From Mobula hypostoma (taxonomy: Eukaryota), in assembly GCF_963921235.1 (NCBI RefSeq), contig NC_086097.1, forward strand, positions 5,766,001-5,830,000: a stretch of 64,000 bases of DNA, written 5' to 3'. Under the pieces are notes generated by a model. It was not told the DNA's origin, ran no database searches, and worked only from the letters and a program-made list of their open reading frames with translations. This document shows, in pieces, positions 50,312 through 63,785 of this stretch. A program made the translations under genes and the position numbers. Position 1 is the stretch's first letter. Every line of letters begins with the position of its first letter.

Positions 50312-50845
50312 ATCTATGGGAAGAAATAAACAGTCGATGCTTTGGGGTGAGGACCTTCATTAAGATTGGAAAGGAAGTGAGAAGATTCCACAATAAAGTA
50401 GTGGTGAGAGGGGAAGGAATACAAGCTGGAAGGTGATTGGTGAAGCCAGCTAGGTTGGGGAGCGCAGATGAAGAGAGAAGTTGGGGTTGATAACTGGAAA
50501 GGTAAAAGGGCTGAAGGAGAAGGAATCTGATGGGAGATGAGAGTAGACCATGAGAAACATGGAAGGAAGAGAGGAGGGGAACCAGGGGGAGGTGATGGGC
50601 AGGTAAAAACTGATAAGAGTTGGTTTAGAGTGAGGAATTGAGGAAGAGGGAATGGGGAGGGGAAATTACCACAAGGTGGAAAACTTGATGTTCATGCTAT
50701 CTGGTTGGAAGCTACCTAGATGGAATGAATATAAGGTGTTGCTCCACCAACATGAGAGTGCCCTCATCATGGCAGAAGAGAAGGCCAAGGACCAAGATAT
50801 CAGAATGGGAATGGGCATTGGAATTAAGATGCTTGGCGACTAGGA
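50312..50845 (-). mobile_element. Penelope 3' part (ORF C-terminus and pLTR, degenerate hammerhead at about 50331-50368)
   Basis: Minus strand VAKHLNS..HSHSD...CHDE...EQHL.F.LGSFQPDSMNI.FS. Confidence 0.75.
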
Positions 50846-51467
50846 AAACGTATGCTTTTGTACATATAGATTTTTTCCCTGTTTACCTTCCTGGGTATAG
50901 CTGATGCTGATAATGAAATGAGAGTGGAATGGTGGTGAAAGTGGTTATACAATCTTTAGCAATAACCTTGTACTGAAGTATGTGATAAAAATGGAAATTA
51001 TTGGAAATACATAGCAGGTCAATCATCCACGAAATGGAAAAAACAAATTAACTCATTCTGTTGGATATGCCATCGTACTGCGGAAGAGTCTTGTTAGAGA
51101 GCAAGTCAACTGCATAAATACTTAAAAACTGCCTGCTCTTTCATATCTCAATGTACTTTTGCATTAAGTCTAGAATAAATTTGGTTTATTCAATCATCTT
51201 GCCGTTTCTATTTTATTTCTTTCAGCACAGCGCAACAAATCACTTTGATTTTGAAAGCAGATAACTTACTCACATATTTCTGAAGCACAATTCACAAAGC
51301 ATGTGGTTGAAGGAGAAAGCCTGGTTTGGCTTCTCTTCAAATATTTACCCTTCCCTGTGATGTCTATGTTGCAGGGGAGAGAATAATGAGGACTGATAAT
51401 TGGTAAATAGAGATGCAGATTGTTCTAAGATAGTAACAGGGAACAGCAGATAAATGTGGAGACATGG

Positions 51468-52290
51468 GACACAAGAGATGCAGGAGATCAAAAGCTACAC
51501 ACACAAAATGCTGGAGGAACTCAGCAGGTCAGGCAGCATCTATGGAGAGGAATAAAGAGTCCATGCTTTGGTCTGAGACCCTTCATCAGAACTGGAAAAG
51601 GAAGGGGAAAGATGCCAGAATGAAAAAGAATGCAGAGTTCAGAAACTTCACTAAAATTGTGTTATGCAGGCAGCTTTCACCCATTGTTGTAATAGAATAT
51701 TGGATTTATTGTTAGATAAACATTTAGTGTATACTTTTATTTCTATAATCAGGACCTAGTCTATTACTTAAGTCTGAGAAAGTCTGCAGATGCTGGAAAT
51801 CCAGAGCAAGAGACTCAAAATGCTGGAGGAACTCAGCGGGTCAGGCAGCATCGATGGAAATTAATAAACAGGTGACATTTTGGGCTGAGACTCCTCATCA
51901 GGACTGGAAAGGAGGGGGGAAGATGCCAGAATAAAAAAGTGGGGGGAGAGGATGGAAAATATCTGGAAGATGATGGGTGAAACCAGGTAGGTGGGAAAGA
52001 TAAAAGGCTGGAGAGGAAGGAATCTGATAGAAGAGGAGAGTGGACCATAGGAGAAAGGGAAGGAGGAGGGAACCCACAGGAAGGTGAGAAGTGGTAAAGG
52101 CCAGAGTGGAGAAGAGAAGAAGAGGGGAGGGTGGAGGGGAAAAATTACCAGAAGGAGAGATCCATATTCACGCCATCAGATTGGAGGCTACTCAGGCAGA
52201 ATATAAGTTGTTGTTCCTCCACCCGGAGAGTGGCCTCATCTTGACAAAAGAAAAGGCCATGGACCAACATTTTGGAACAGGAATGGGAAT
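51468..52290 (-). mobile_element. Two Penelope pLTR fragments (51468-51625; 51772-52290 with ORF C-terminus)
   Basis: Minus-strand CTGATGA cores at about 51557-51594 and 51869-51906; CQDEATLRVEEQQLIFCLSSLQSDGVNMD. Confidence 0.8.
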
Positions 52291-54228
52291 CTATATAATT
52301 TTATATACCTCCATCAAATCTCCCCTCATTCTTCTACACTCCAGGGAATAAAGTCCTAACCTATTCAACCTTTCTCTGTAACTGAGTTTCTCAAATTCTA
52401 GCAACATCCTTGTAAACCTTCTCTGCACTCTTTCAACCTTCTTAATATCCTTCCTGTAATTTGGTGACCAAAACTGAACACAATACTCCAAATTCGGCCT
52501 CACCAATGCCTTATACAACCTCATCATAACATTCCAGCTCTTATACTCAATACTTTGATTAATAAAGGCCAATGTACCAAAAGCTCTCTTTACGGCCCTA
52601 TCTTCCTGTGACGCCACTTTTAGGGAATTTTGTATCTGTATTCCCAGATCCTTCTGATCTACTTCACTCCTCAGTGCCTTACCATTAACCCTGTATGTTC
52701 TACCTTGGTTTGTCCTTCCAAGGTGCAATACTGAAATTGAGGCAGTGAGGGCCAGAGAATGGAAAGTTACTGAGAAGATCAAGAGCTTAATTAAGAACTG
52801 TTTGTTAGTCTTCTTTCTCGCTGTGGAAGGAATGATAACTCTCTCTCCCTTGTTCATGAGACAGACAGCCTGAAGGATGTTGAACTGTTGGGATAAACAG
52901 TAGTTTGGGATGGACCATGGTCTCTCTTAGAGGTTTTGCTATTGCTTGCATGGTGAGTGGTGGGAGTGCTGATGCTTTCTGCTGGAATAAGTGGGGAGAG
53001 GTTGTGTGGGGTGGGGGTTAATGCTGCTTGCCACTGCTGGTGCTTGGGAGGGGGACAGGGGGCTTTGGGGTTCTTAAGTTTTTTCTGTCATTTTGAGGAT
53101 GTCTGCGGAGAGCAAGAATTTCAGGGTATAGGCCTTTCAGCCCACAAAGCCGTGCTGAACATATCCTTACCTTAGAAATTACCTAGGCTTACCCATAGCC
53201 CTCTATTTTTCAAAGTTCCATGTACCTATCCAGGAGTCTCTTAAAAGACCCTATTGTATCCACCTCTATCACCGTTGCCTGCAGTCCATTTCACGCACTC
53301 ACCGCTCTCTGTGTTAAAAACTTAGCCCTGACATCTCCTCTGTACCTACTTCCAAGCACCTTAAAACTGTGCCCTCTTGTGCTAGCCATGCCAGCCCTGG
53401 GATAAAGCCTCTAACTATCCACACAATCAAAGCCTCTAATCATCTTATACTCCTCTATCAGGTCACCTTTCATCCTCCGTCGCTCCAAGGAAAAATGGCC
53501 GAGTTCACTCAACCTACTCTCATAAGGCATGCTCCCCAATCCAGGCAACATCTTTGTAAATCTGCTCTGCACCCTTTCTATGGTTTCCACATCCTTCCTG
53601 TAGTGAGGCGACCAGAACTGAGCACAGTACTCCAAGTGGGGTCTGACCAGGGTCCTATATAGCTGCAACATTACCTCTCGACTCCTAAATTCAATCCCAC
53701 GATTGATGAAGGCCAATGTACCGTACTCCTTCTTAACCACAGAGTCAACCTGCACAGCAGCTTTGAGTGTCCTAGGGACTTGGACTCCAAGATCCCTCTG
53801 ATCCTCCACACTGCCAAAAGTCTTACCGTTAATACTATATTTTGCAAACATAGTTGGCCTACCAAAATGAACCACTTCACACTTACCTGGGTTGAACACC
53901 ATCTGCCACTTCTCAACCTAGTTTTGCATCCTATCAATATCCCGCTGTAACATCTGACAGCCCTCCACACTATCCAGAACAGCCCCAACCTTTGAGTCAT
54001 CAGCAAATTTACTAACCCATCCCTCCACTTGCTCATCCAGGTCATTTATAAAAATCATAAAGAGTAGTGGTTCCAAAACAGATCCATGAGGCACACCACT
54101 GGTCACCGACCTCCATGCAGAATATGACCCGTCTACAACCACTCTTTGCCTTCTGTGGGCAAGCCAGTTCTGGATCCACAAAGCAATGTCCCCTTGGATC
54201 CCATGTCTCCTTACTTTCTCAATGAGCA
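52291..54228 (-). mobile_element. CR1 RT and 3' fragments (52291-52730; 53125-54228)
   Basis: LVRPNLEYCVQFWSP, SGVPHGSVL.P, KFADDSKVG. Confidence 0.92.
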
Positions 54229-54347
54229 TTCTGTGTGCACATTCTCTGATATTATATGGAACCTTTGGAGTCTTCCTGTCATCATCATTCTATTATCAAA
54301 TTGTGATTTTGCTGCTGATCTCATCAACTCATGATCTCATTCTGATT

Positions 54348-54935
54348 CTGATTTGATGGAGACGGATGTGAGAGTACGGAGGAACATCTAGAGAAACTTC
54401 TGAAATGCCCGATTCGCTGCCACTGCTACTGTGTGGTAACCGGAATCTCCGGAGCAGAAGGCCCCGAATCCTTGGCTTTGCTTGTTTCGGCCGCCGGGGT
54501 GAGGTCGAAGGCGCTCGGCAGAGGATGGTGCTTGGGAGGCTGCATCGGAGGGGTTGGTCGGAGGCTTCAAGTTTTTGGACGGACGGACTCAGTGTTGGCT
54601 GTGGTCGGGTGCTTCCAATGCATCAGCAGTTGTCAGTGCCTGGAGGTTTATGGCAGGGAGTTTCTCCCTTTTGCCGCCTGCTATCGAGGACCTTGGAGTC
54701 GATCGGGACTTGAGACTTTTTTTTTACTGTGCCCATGGTCTGTTCTTTATCAAATTGTGGTATTGCTTTGCACTGCTGTAACTATATGTTATAATTATGT
54801 GGTTCTGTCAGTATTAGTCTTTGGTTTGTCCTGTTTTTCTGAGATATCACTCTGGAGGAACATTGTATCATTTCTTAATGCATGTATGCATTTCTAAATG
54901 ACAATAAAAGAGGACTGAGTGTTCTCGTAATCTAA
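54348..54935 (+). mobile_element. About 580-bp non-coding retroposon, sister of 35930-36512
   Basis: Colinear match; ends aaatgacaataaa...taatcta. Confidence 0.8.
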
Positions 54936-55396
54936 AACTGAGAATGTAAAAGCTCTACCAAGTTCATACTCTGGTACGTCAGCTGTGACCGGTTTCCTGG
55001 TACACACTAGTCTTAAATAAATCACCCGTCATTTGAACACCAACTCTGTGTGGTCCCTCAGTTTGCTCCTGCGTCTATCCACTATTCTGGGATGTATGGC
55101 ACCATGTTCAAATTTAAATGTAATGTCAAAATAGAGTGGACAGTTAAGGGTCATGTGAAGCCAAAGGAACAGGATGGTCGTATGAATAACTGGTGCAGAT
55201 CACAAGACTTGGTTATGTGATTACTGATGCCAGACTGACAATCTCCAAAGACTATTGATAATGTCTGGGGTCACCCATCTTTTAGAGGCATTGCCCAGAA
55301 GAAGGCAATGGCAAAGGACTTCTGTTGAAAAATTTGCCAAGAGCAATCATGGTCGTGGAAATATCATGATCACCCAGATCATGTGACACGGCACCT

Positions 55397-55863
55397 CTCT
55401 GACTATCCATCCCATAGGATGATGATGGTTCCTTTCAGTCAGTTAGTGGGGTGGTAGGGGTACCCCACACCTCAGAAAGGAACAGCATGTGCGTGAGTGG
55501 ATTTTAGGTGAGTAGGGGGTTGCACAGGTCCAGACCCACCCTCTCGACATCCCCTCCCGGATCCAGTGGCATGGTGGGGTCCAAGACGGCTGGGGGAAGT
55601 TCTGTTGCAGTGAGTGGCCAGACCAAGCTTCGATGCAAGGGATGCCCTTTCCGCGCTTCACGGCACGTGCTTGCTAGATGGCCATTGACCCTATGAAAGA
55701 GTTCATCCGCCCTTTGACAGGTCTTGTTTTTCATCCTGCAGGGTGTCTAGCCACCCTCCTCACCAGGCAAGCCTGGTGGGGGAGCCAGTTTAGTCGCCGA
55801 CCACCAGACCATGTGACAGGTAGTACTGGGTTCCATGGTACCAGTAGCACTCAGACCAGTGAT
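55397..55863 (-). mobile_element. Non-coding RTE-like retroposon nested in the tail of a BovB-like element
   Basis: TSD ggcacct at 55390-55396 and 55864-55870; the host resumes with (aacg)n. Confidence 0.6.
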
Positions 55864-56124
55864 GGCACCTAACGAACGAACAAAGGGTAGATTGATTATG
55901 GAGAAGCGTTAACGTTTAGTGCTTGTACTGTGCTGTTTGACCTATACCCTTTGAGCGAAGACAATAGAAATTAAACAACTAAAGTGCATTCACCAATCGG
56001 CTACTTCCGTATGGCCTACCACAGGACAGACACAGAAGCCCTTTTACCGTGCTGACGGCAACCTACAATGCAAGTAGATCTCACATTTAATATTTTAACA
56101 ATTAATTATAAACATATTATGTGG

Positions 56125-56685
56125 AATTTTGTTCACCCCTGTTATGAGAAGGATGTAAAGGTTTTGGGAAGGGGGCAACAGAGGTTTACCAGAATGCTGC
56201 CTGAATTAGAGTTCAAGGTTCAAAGATAATTATTATCAAAGTACATAGACACCACACTCTGACTAAAGAAGTTGTTCCTCATCTCTTTTCTAAAGGGATT
56301 TATTTCAATTCTGTGACTACACCCCCTGGTTCTAGACTCCCCCCACTATTGAAAGCAACCTCTCCACATCCATTCTATCGAGCCCTTTCAATCTTTGGTA
56401 GGTTTCAATGAGATTCATTTTTCATTCTTCTAGACTCCAGAGCGTACAGCCCCAGAGCCATCAAACACTCCTCATACATTAGCCCTTTGATTCCCAGATT
56501 CATTCCATGACCTCCTCTGGATCTTTTCCAATGCTAGCATATGCTTTCTGATATATGGGGCCCTAAACTGCTCACAATACTCCATGTGTGGTCTGACCAA
56601 TGCCTTATAAAGCCTTAGCATTACATTCTTGCTCTTATATTCTAGTCCTCTTGAAACCAGTACTAAAATTGCACTTGCATTCTGC
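56125..56685. mobile_element. CR1 fragments on both strands
   Basis: MLRLYKALVRPHMEYCEQF. Confidence 0.8.
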
Positions 56686-56699
56686 ATTCCTACATCTTA

Positions 56700-57085
56700 A
56701 CCGCCACGTCCACCCCCTGCCCCATCTTGGCTTTCTGCTGGGATCTCTCCCTCCATGACTCCATTGTCCATTTTCCCTTCCTCACTAATCTCCCTCTGAG
56801 TACTTATTCCTCCAAGTGGAACAAGTGCAACACATGTCCATTCGCCTCCTCCCTCACATTGATTCAAGGCCTTAAACACTCCCTCCAGGTGAGATAACAC
56901 TTCACCTGCGAATCTGTTGGGGTCGTCAACTTTATCCAGTGCTCCTGATGCGGCCTCCTCAACGTTGGTTAGGACTGACATAGATTGGGGGATTGATTTC
57001 TCGTGCACCTTCTTTCCATCTGCAAAAAGCAGGACTTTGCAGTGGCCAACCATTTTAACTTCAATCCTCTTCGCATTCCAACATC
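56700..57085 (+). mobile_element. Penelope GIY-YIG endonuclease remnant
   Basis: C...KCNTCP...FTCESVGVVNFIQCS*CGLLNVG*(T)..RLGD*F..HL...VANHFN. Confidence 0.85.
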
Positions 57086-57204
57086 TTTTACCATGATGAG
57101 GAAATTTTGCAGAGTACTGTAAATAGATATTTAATCATCTGCCACAACTGTGGATACTGCTGCGGAGCCTGGGCGCTCTCGCAGGTGGGCAGCTGAAAGA
57201 GGAC

Positions 57205-57942
57205 ATGTTGAATCTGTTTCTTCTTGTGCATTTGGAAGACATTCTTATCTATTCCTGCTCTCAGCAGGAATATACCCAGCATATCTGGAAGGTTCCTGGG
57301 TGGTTCCTCAAGAACAACCTTTATGCCAAGTCAGAGAAGTGTGAGTTGCAAAAAGCACAGGTGTCATTATTGGGCAACATCCTCATCCCTTTCAGTGTTC
57401 AAATTGACCTGTGTAAGGTTCAGGCAGTTTTAGTGTGGCCCAAACCATCCACGGGCAAACAGGAGAGGCGCTTAATGGTATTTGCAGACTTTTATCACTG
57501 CTTCATCAGAAACTTCAGTTCCATCCTGGCTCCCATAAATGCCATCACCAAGCAGACATCTGCAGGACAAGTGAAGCAAACCAAGAATTCTCAGAAGGTG
57601 ACAATTCACCACGGCCCCAATGCTGCAACATCTAGACCCATCCCACCCATTCATTGCCAAGCTTGATGCATCTGGTGTCAACACTGGAGTTGAATTCTCC
57701 AAGCATCCTTCAGTAGACAACCAGCTGCATCCCTGTGCTTTTCTTTCTTGCACCGTGCAATTATAATGTCGGGAGCCAAGAGCTTCTCAATGTCAAGGAA
57801 GCTCTGGAGGCATGTCGTTACTGGCTCAAGGATGCAGCGTTATTCTTTCTCTACGGACAGAGCACAAAAAATCTTTCCTACATTCATGACGTCAAGAGAC
57901 TCAATTCCCGTCAAGCCTGTTGGACTCTCTTCTTCACTCAGT
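57205..57942 (+). mobile_element. Degenerate sushi-type Gypsy RT-RNaseH fragment
   Basis: [56 protein letters not shown]. Confidence 0.85.
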
Positions 57943-58779
57943 TGAGGAGGAGGGGCACCCCAGGAGGAGGTGATAGGTAGATGAGAAGAGGTAAGAGGCC
58001 AGTGTGGGGAATAGACAAAGACGGAAGGGTGAGGGAAAATACTGTATAATAAAGAAAGATCCAAAAAATAATAAGTTTGCTGCTTGCATATAAGCACAAT
58101 GATATTATGTGTTTCACTGTTCTATATATCATCCCTTTCTGTTCATCCAATTTAGTTGTAATATTCTTGGCACAATGTGGCTTATATTACAAGGACTTAA
58201 AATAAGGCAGTGAATCATAAACAGAACAAATTATCTTTTGCAAACGTCATTTCTGAATCTTAGAACTGAAGTCAATGAGAAAGCAAATTCTGATGTCTAC
58301 AGTTAATATACAATAGGAAACTACCTAGCTGATATAAGTTGGTAATATTGCTATTGTATTCTAACAGTAAAAATACAATCACATGATTATTAAGATTGCC
58401 ATATGGCTATTGAAACCTGGAACGTAGATTGTGTCAAGTATCTCTCCGCTAAGTCTCACAAATCATAACACCAACACAGAGTGGATCTTTACCAAGCACC
58501 TTTATTCTTTATTATTTGCAAGGGGAAAGTTCACCTCCACTCCCACCAGGGATGGCAGGGGACTTCCAACACAGGATCAACAATTCACCTTCCAGTCTAT
58601 GAGTGCCTACACAGAAACAGACTGGTTTTGTGCTTCTCTGTACTTATCACAGCTCCACATCCTCAGTCTACCCTGTTCTCATAACTGCTTATCCATGGCT
58701 ACAACAACCAGGTGTCAGCCTTCGCTGGCTCCATATGTATTTATTTATTTTATTTATTTTGCAATACACCTTCCTGCTC

Positions 58780-59025
58780 TTCAAGCTGTGCTGCCCCAGC
58801 AAACCCACACAAACCCAATTAAGCCCAACCTAATCACGGGACAATTTACAAAAACCCATTAACCTACTTGGTGCATCTTTCAACTGTAATCTCCCAGAAA
58901 AAAACGCACCCATTCCACTGGGAGAACGTACAGAGATTTCTTACAGAGGGTGCTGAGATTGAACTCTGAGATCTGGCAGCCTGAGCTGCAGTAGTGTTGT
59001 ACTAAGCATTACGCTACCATGCTGC
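58780..59025 (-). mobile_element. tRNA-derived V-SINE
   Basis: Minus-strand ggcagcatggtagcgtaatgcttag A box and gagttcaat B box. Confidence 0.65.
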
Positions 59026-59129
59026 CAAAACGGCCCTTACATTTATGTTTCTTTCAGTAATTTACACAGGGTGTCTTATAAGATTTATCCAAGTGTCTGC
59101 TATCCAGATCATTATCCCATTATAAACTC

Positions 59130-59420
59130 CATTCAAACAACATAAAAGCACAATCCTTCTTCTCCAATCTATCATCTCCCAGCTTCTCACTTCATTCACC
59201 TTCTCCCACCACCTTATCTCACCTATCACCTGCCAGCTAGCCCCCTCACCTTCTTATTCTGGTATCTTCCTTCTTCCTTTCCAGTCCTGATGAAGGGTCT
59301 CGGCCCCGAAATGCCAACTGCTTATTCATTTCCATAGATGCTACCTGGCCTGCCCAGTTTCTCCAGCATTTTGTGTGTGTTGTTCTGGATTTACACCATC
59401 TGCAGAACCTCTTGTGTATT
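59130..59420 (+). mobile_element. Penelope pLTR with hammerhead motif at 59282-59320; another degenerate copy at 59752-59885
   Basis: cagtc CTGATGA a gggt ctcg gcccc GAAA tgcc aactg. Confidence 0.8.
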
Positions 59421-60414
59421 TGTGTATATGGTATTTTGTGTTGGAGAGTGCAGTTTTTGTCAGTGATAGAGGATTCCCATTCCTTGTTTGCCATGAGTTG
59501 AGTCGAAATCTGTTCTCCATGCTACATGCTTCTTATAGTGGGGGAGTCTGTGACCAGAGGGCACAGCCTCAAAATAGAGGAGCATCCATTTAGAACAGAG
59601 ATGAGGAGGAATTTGTTCAGGCAGAGGATGGTGAATCTGCGGAATGCATTGCCATAGAGGAAGCCAGGCTATTGGGAAAATAAAGTGGTGGTTGATATGT
59701 TCTGGATTAGCCAGGGTGTCAAAGGCTTCAGGGAGAAGACAGCATAATGGGGTTTTATTCTGGTATCTGACCCTCTTCCCCTCCAGTCTTAATGAAGAGT
59801 CTCGACCAAAACATTAACTGCTTATTCATTTCCACAGATGCTACCTGACCTGCTGAGTTCCTCCAGAATTTTGTGTGTGTTACACATAAGATCCTGGATT
59901 TTCTCTCAAGCTCAATCCTGGATTGAAATTCTTTTATCCCAGTGTCAAGAAATAGTATTTTTGTTTTGGAAGCCTGTTCCGAAACAAGTTGTACGGCATT
60001 CGCAGATGATCTCTCCTTTAAAAACACTGCTTGCACATGCAGTGAGGAACCAGCAGGGGTCACCAGAATGCAGTTGGGAACCAAAGTTGCAGACAGTCAG
60101 TTCTCTCTAATCTTCAGCAGTAAGGAAACTGACAGAACTAAATCATTCATCCAAGTATCTGACAATGCGCCATAGCAGGTATCATCATAGATTATGTGCT
60201 TGTTCATTTAATAGCGAGAGAAAAATGATTTGGTGCAATGAGAGGGCAAAAGAGTTTCACTATCTTATTGTTCCATCTTTCTGCCTTGCTTCTTTCAGTG
60301 GAGAGCCTGACAAGTACAGACATTCACATCTACGCTTACACATTGCAGATTAAATTTGTGAGAAAGGTATACAAGTCAATGTTTTGTTTGCTCCACACAA
60401 AATTCATTCTCTCT

Positions 60415-60865
60415 GGCAAAGTCTTTGGGAAGCTGAAAGGTGTGAAGGTAGATAAGTCATGTGGACTAGATGGACTACACCCCAGGGTTCTGAACAAGAT
60501 AGCTGAACAGGTTGTGAAGGCATTAGTAATGATCTTTCAAGAATCGTCAGAATGGTTCCGCAGGACTGGAAAAATGCAAATGTCACTCCACTCTTCAAGA
60601 AAGGAGGGAGGCAGAAGAAAGGAAACTATAGGCCAGTTAGTCTGATCTCTGTGATTGGGAAGATTTTGCAGTCAAATATTGAGGATATGGCTTCGGAGTA
60701 CTTAGATGCACATGATAAAAATAAGCTATAGTCAGCATGGTTTCCTTAAGGAGAAACTGTGCCTAACAGTTATGTTGGAATTCTTTGAATACCAGAAGGG
60801 ATAGACAAAGAAGAGTCAGGGATGTTGTTTACTTGGATTTTCAGAAGACCTATGACAAGGTGTCG
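60415..60865 (+). mobile_element. CR1 RT fragment
   Basis: KVFGKLKGVKVDKSCGLDGLHPRVL. Confidence 0.85.
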
Positions 60866-61292
60866 AAGGTGAGAATCAGAGTCAGGCTCATGGAGAATTA
60901 ATCCATGAGCACTTTCTCAGAATTTTTTTCCTCTCTTTTTATTGAATTATATTTTATTTTATATATGTTTATTCTAATTTTTTTAGGTTTTGTTATTATG
61001 TATTGCGAAGTACTGCTGCAGCAAGACTGCAAACTTCACGACATATGCCAGTGATATTAAACCTGTTTCTGATTCTGATTCTGAAGATGAGAAGTTGTCC
61101 AGTGTTAGGAGGTAAAGAATCTCTTTTTGGATTAGTATCATGCCTACGTGATAGGAGACAGAGCTGCCGTCAAGCCAGGCCAAAGTATCACCAAGAGAAC
61201 ACAGAGTCAAAGAAGTCTGTGGCACTGCAAGTGGGTACTAACGGTTCGCCAGAATTCCTACTGTACCTGTTCCCAGTTAATACTAAAAACTA

Positions 61293-61878
61293 CACTTAGT
61301 GGCCACATAATTAGCTTCCTGCTTATTAATGCAATATTTAATCAGCCAGTCATGTGGCAACAACTCAATGCATAAAAGCATGCAGACATCATCAAGAGCT
61401 TCAGTTGTTATCCAGATCAAACATCAGAATAGGGAAAAAAAAAGTGATTTAAATGACTTTGACCATGGACTGATTCTTGCTGCCAGACGGGGTGGTTTGA
61501 GTATCTCAGAAGCTGCTGATATCCTGGGATTTTCACACACAACTGCCTCTCGAGTAGGGATTCCCAACCCTGGGACTATGGCGTCCTTGCCAAACGGTAC
61601 TGCTCTATGGCATTAAAAAAAACTTTGGGAACCCCGCTCTGCAGTTTACAGAGAATGGTATGGAAAACCCAAAGCAGCCAGTGAGCAGCCGTTTGGTGGG
61701 CAAAAGTGCCTTGTTAATGAGAGATATCAGAGGAGAATGGCCAGATGGTTCAGGATGACAGGAAGGTGACATTAACTCAAATGATCATGTGTTACAACAG
61801 TGGTGTGCAGAAGAGCATCTCTGAATGCACAACACATTGAACCTTAAAGTGGATGGGCTACAGCAGCAGAAGACCAAA
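61293..61878 (+). mobile_element. Tc1-like transposon remnant (left end and paired-like DNA-binding domain)
   Basis: TA-cacttagtggccac end; DLNDFDHGLILAARRGGLSISEAADILGFSHTT.SR | VYREW...QKSISECTT..TLKWMGYSSRRP. Confidence 0.85.
61555..61636. mobile_element. hAT MITE, same family as 13790, nested in the Tc1 remnant
   Basis: tagggattcccaa...ttgggaaccccg; imperfect 8-bp TSD ctctcgag / ctctgcag. Confidence 0.75.
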
Positions 61879-61883
61879 ACGTA

Positions 61884-61951
61884 CAGTACTGTGCAAATGC
61901 CTTCGGTTCGTATATATAGCTAAGGTACCAAAGACATTTTGCACATTACTG
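61884..61951. mobile_element. Tiny Tc1-type MITE
   Basis: TA-cagtactgtgcaaat...ttttgcacattactg-TA. Confidence 0.75.
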
Positions 61952-62381
61952 TAGATCAGGAAGTTCCACTGTTGAGAACTTGCCAGGAGTAGATCTTAAG
62001 CCTTTCTGATGCAGTGGGGTATGAACATGGCAAAATAGAGAAAAGTAAGTCGGGGCATATTTTGCATTCTGATGGAGTTTCTGCATTGGTATTCTGAAAG
62101 AAGGCTCCTTTGGCTGGGAATTTATCCCTGCTTGGTAGCAATAAACATAATATATGGTCATTTGAGAGGCAGAGCACAATGTACTGACATTATTGCTTAG
62201 TACATCTTATATTACTGACCAGAGATGAATTTCTAGGCACTTGAATCTACTTAGCATCATGAACATTTTTCACCAGATATTTTAGAGAAAAATTATACAA
62301 ATGGACTGCTTGAATTATCACGGAATGTTAAGCAGCGATCCTGCATTGAGAGAACATCATAGAATATGTACAGGAGCCGTG

Positions 62382-62600
62382 AAGACAAGAGATTCTGCAG
62401 ATGTTGGAAATGCGGAGCAGCACACACAAGATGCTGGAGGAACTCAACGGGTCAGGCTCCAGCTGGGGGGGGGAAGGAGTCAATGTTTCAGGCAGTACTT
62501 CAGCTGTCCTGACGAAGGATATCAACACAAAATGTTGATTCTTTAGTCCTTTCAACAGATGTTGCCTGACCTGCTGAGTTCCTCCGGCATTTTGTGTGCT
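62382..62600. mobile_element. Penelope inverted pLTR pair, degenerate
   Basis: gcacacacaagatgctggaggaactca is inverted to tgagttcctccggcattttgtgtgc; CTGACGA core at about 62509. Confidence 0.75.
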
Positions 62601-62634
62601 CACTTCCATAAGAAAGAGAAGTGTTCACAGAAAC

Positions 62635-63785
62635 TCAGAATCAGGTTTAATCAGGCATATCTCAGAATCAGATTTATTATCACCAGAATGTGTCCTGCAA
62701 TTTGTGAACTTAGGAGCAGCAGTTTGGTGCAATACATAATATAGAAGAGAAAGAAACAGTAAATAAATAAGTAAATCAATTACAGTATATGTATATTGAA
62801 TAGATTAAAAATTGTGCAAAAAAAACAGAAATAATATATATAAAAAAAGTGAGGTAGTTTTCAAGAGTTCAAAGTCCATTCAGAAATCAGATGGCAGAGG
62901 GGAAGAAGTTCTTCCTGAATCACTTGGTGTCTAACTTCATACTCTGGTGCTTCCTTCCTGATGGTAGCAATAAGAAGAGGGCATGCATTTGCACAGCCAC
63001 CTTCCAAGTAAAAAGACTAGATAGTTTCAAAGTTCAAAGTTCAAGGTAAAGTTATTATTGAAGTAAATATATATCACCAAGTACAACCCTGAGATTAATT
63101 TTCTTGCAGGCATACTCAATAAGTCCAAGAACCATAATACAACCAGTGAAAGACCACACTGAACAGGACAGGCAAATAACCAAAGTGCAAAGGGCAACCA
63201 ACTGTGCAAATATGAAAGAGAGAAAAAAATGATGACAAATAAATGATCAATAAATATCAAGAACATGAGATGAAGAGTCCTTGAACCTAGTCCATAGGCT
63301 GTGGGAACAGTTCAGTGATGGGGCAGGTGAAGCTGAGTGAAATTATTCCTTCTGGTTCAAGAGCCTGATACTAAGAGGTAATAACTGTTCCTGAACGTGG
63401 TGGTGTGAGTCCTGAGGCTCCTGTTCCTTCTTCCTGATGTCAGCAGCGAGAAGAGAGCATGACCTGGTTGGTAGGGGTGCTGCTTTCCTGTGACAATGCT
63501 CCATGTAGATGTGTTCAACGGTGGGGAGGGCTTTAGCCATGATAGATAGGGCCATATCCTCTACTATTTTGTCGAATTTTCCCATCAAGGATATTGATGT
63601 TTCCATACCAGAATGTGATGCAGCCAGTCAATATACCCTTCTCCACACATCTATAGAAATTTCTCAAAGTTTTAGATGTCATCCCTCATGTCAAAAGTTG
63701 CAAACGTCTAATGAAGTGGAGGTGCTGTCATGCTTTCTTCATAATTACACTTACATGCTGTGCCTAGGGCAAGTCCTCTGACAGC
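62635..63785 (-). mobile_element. Rex1 3' fragments
   Basis: (tcagaa)n and (ttcaaag)n tails; FYRCVEKGILTGCITFWYGN motif. Confidence 0.75.

Noticed and set aside
61955..62044. Candidate exon ending at GTAAGT
   Set aside because: Stops in all three frames, and the acceptor lies at a MITE edge.
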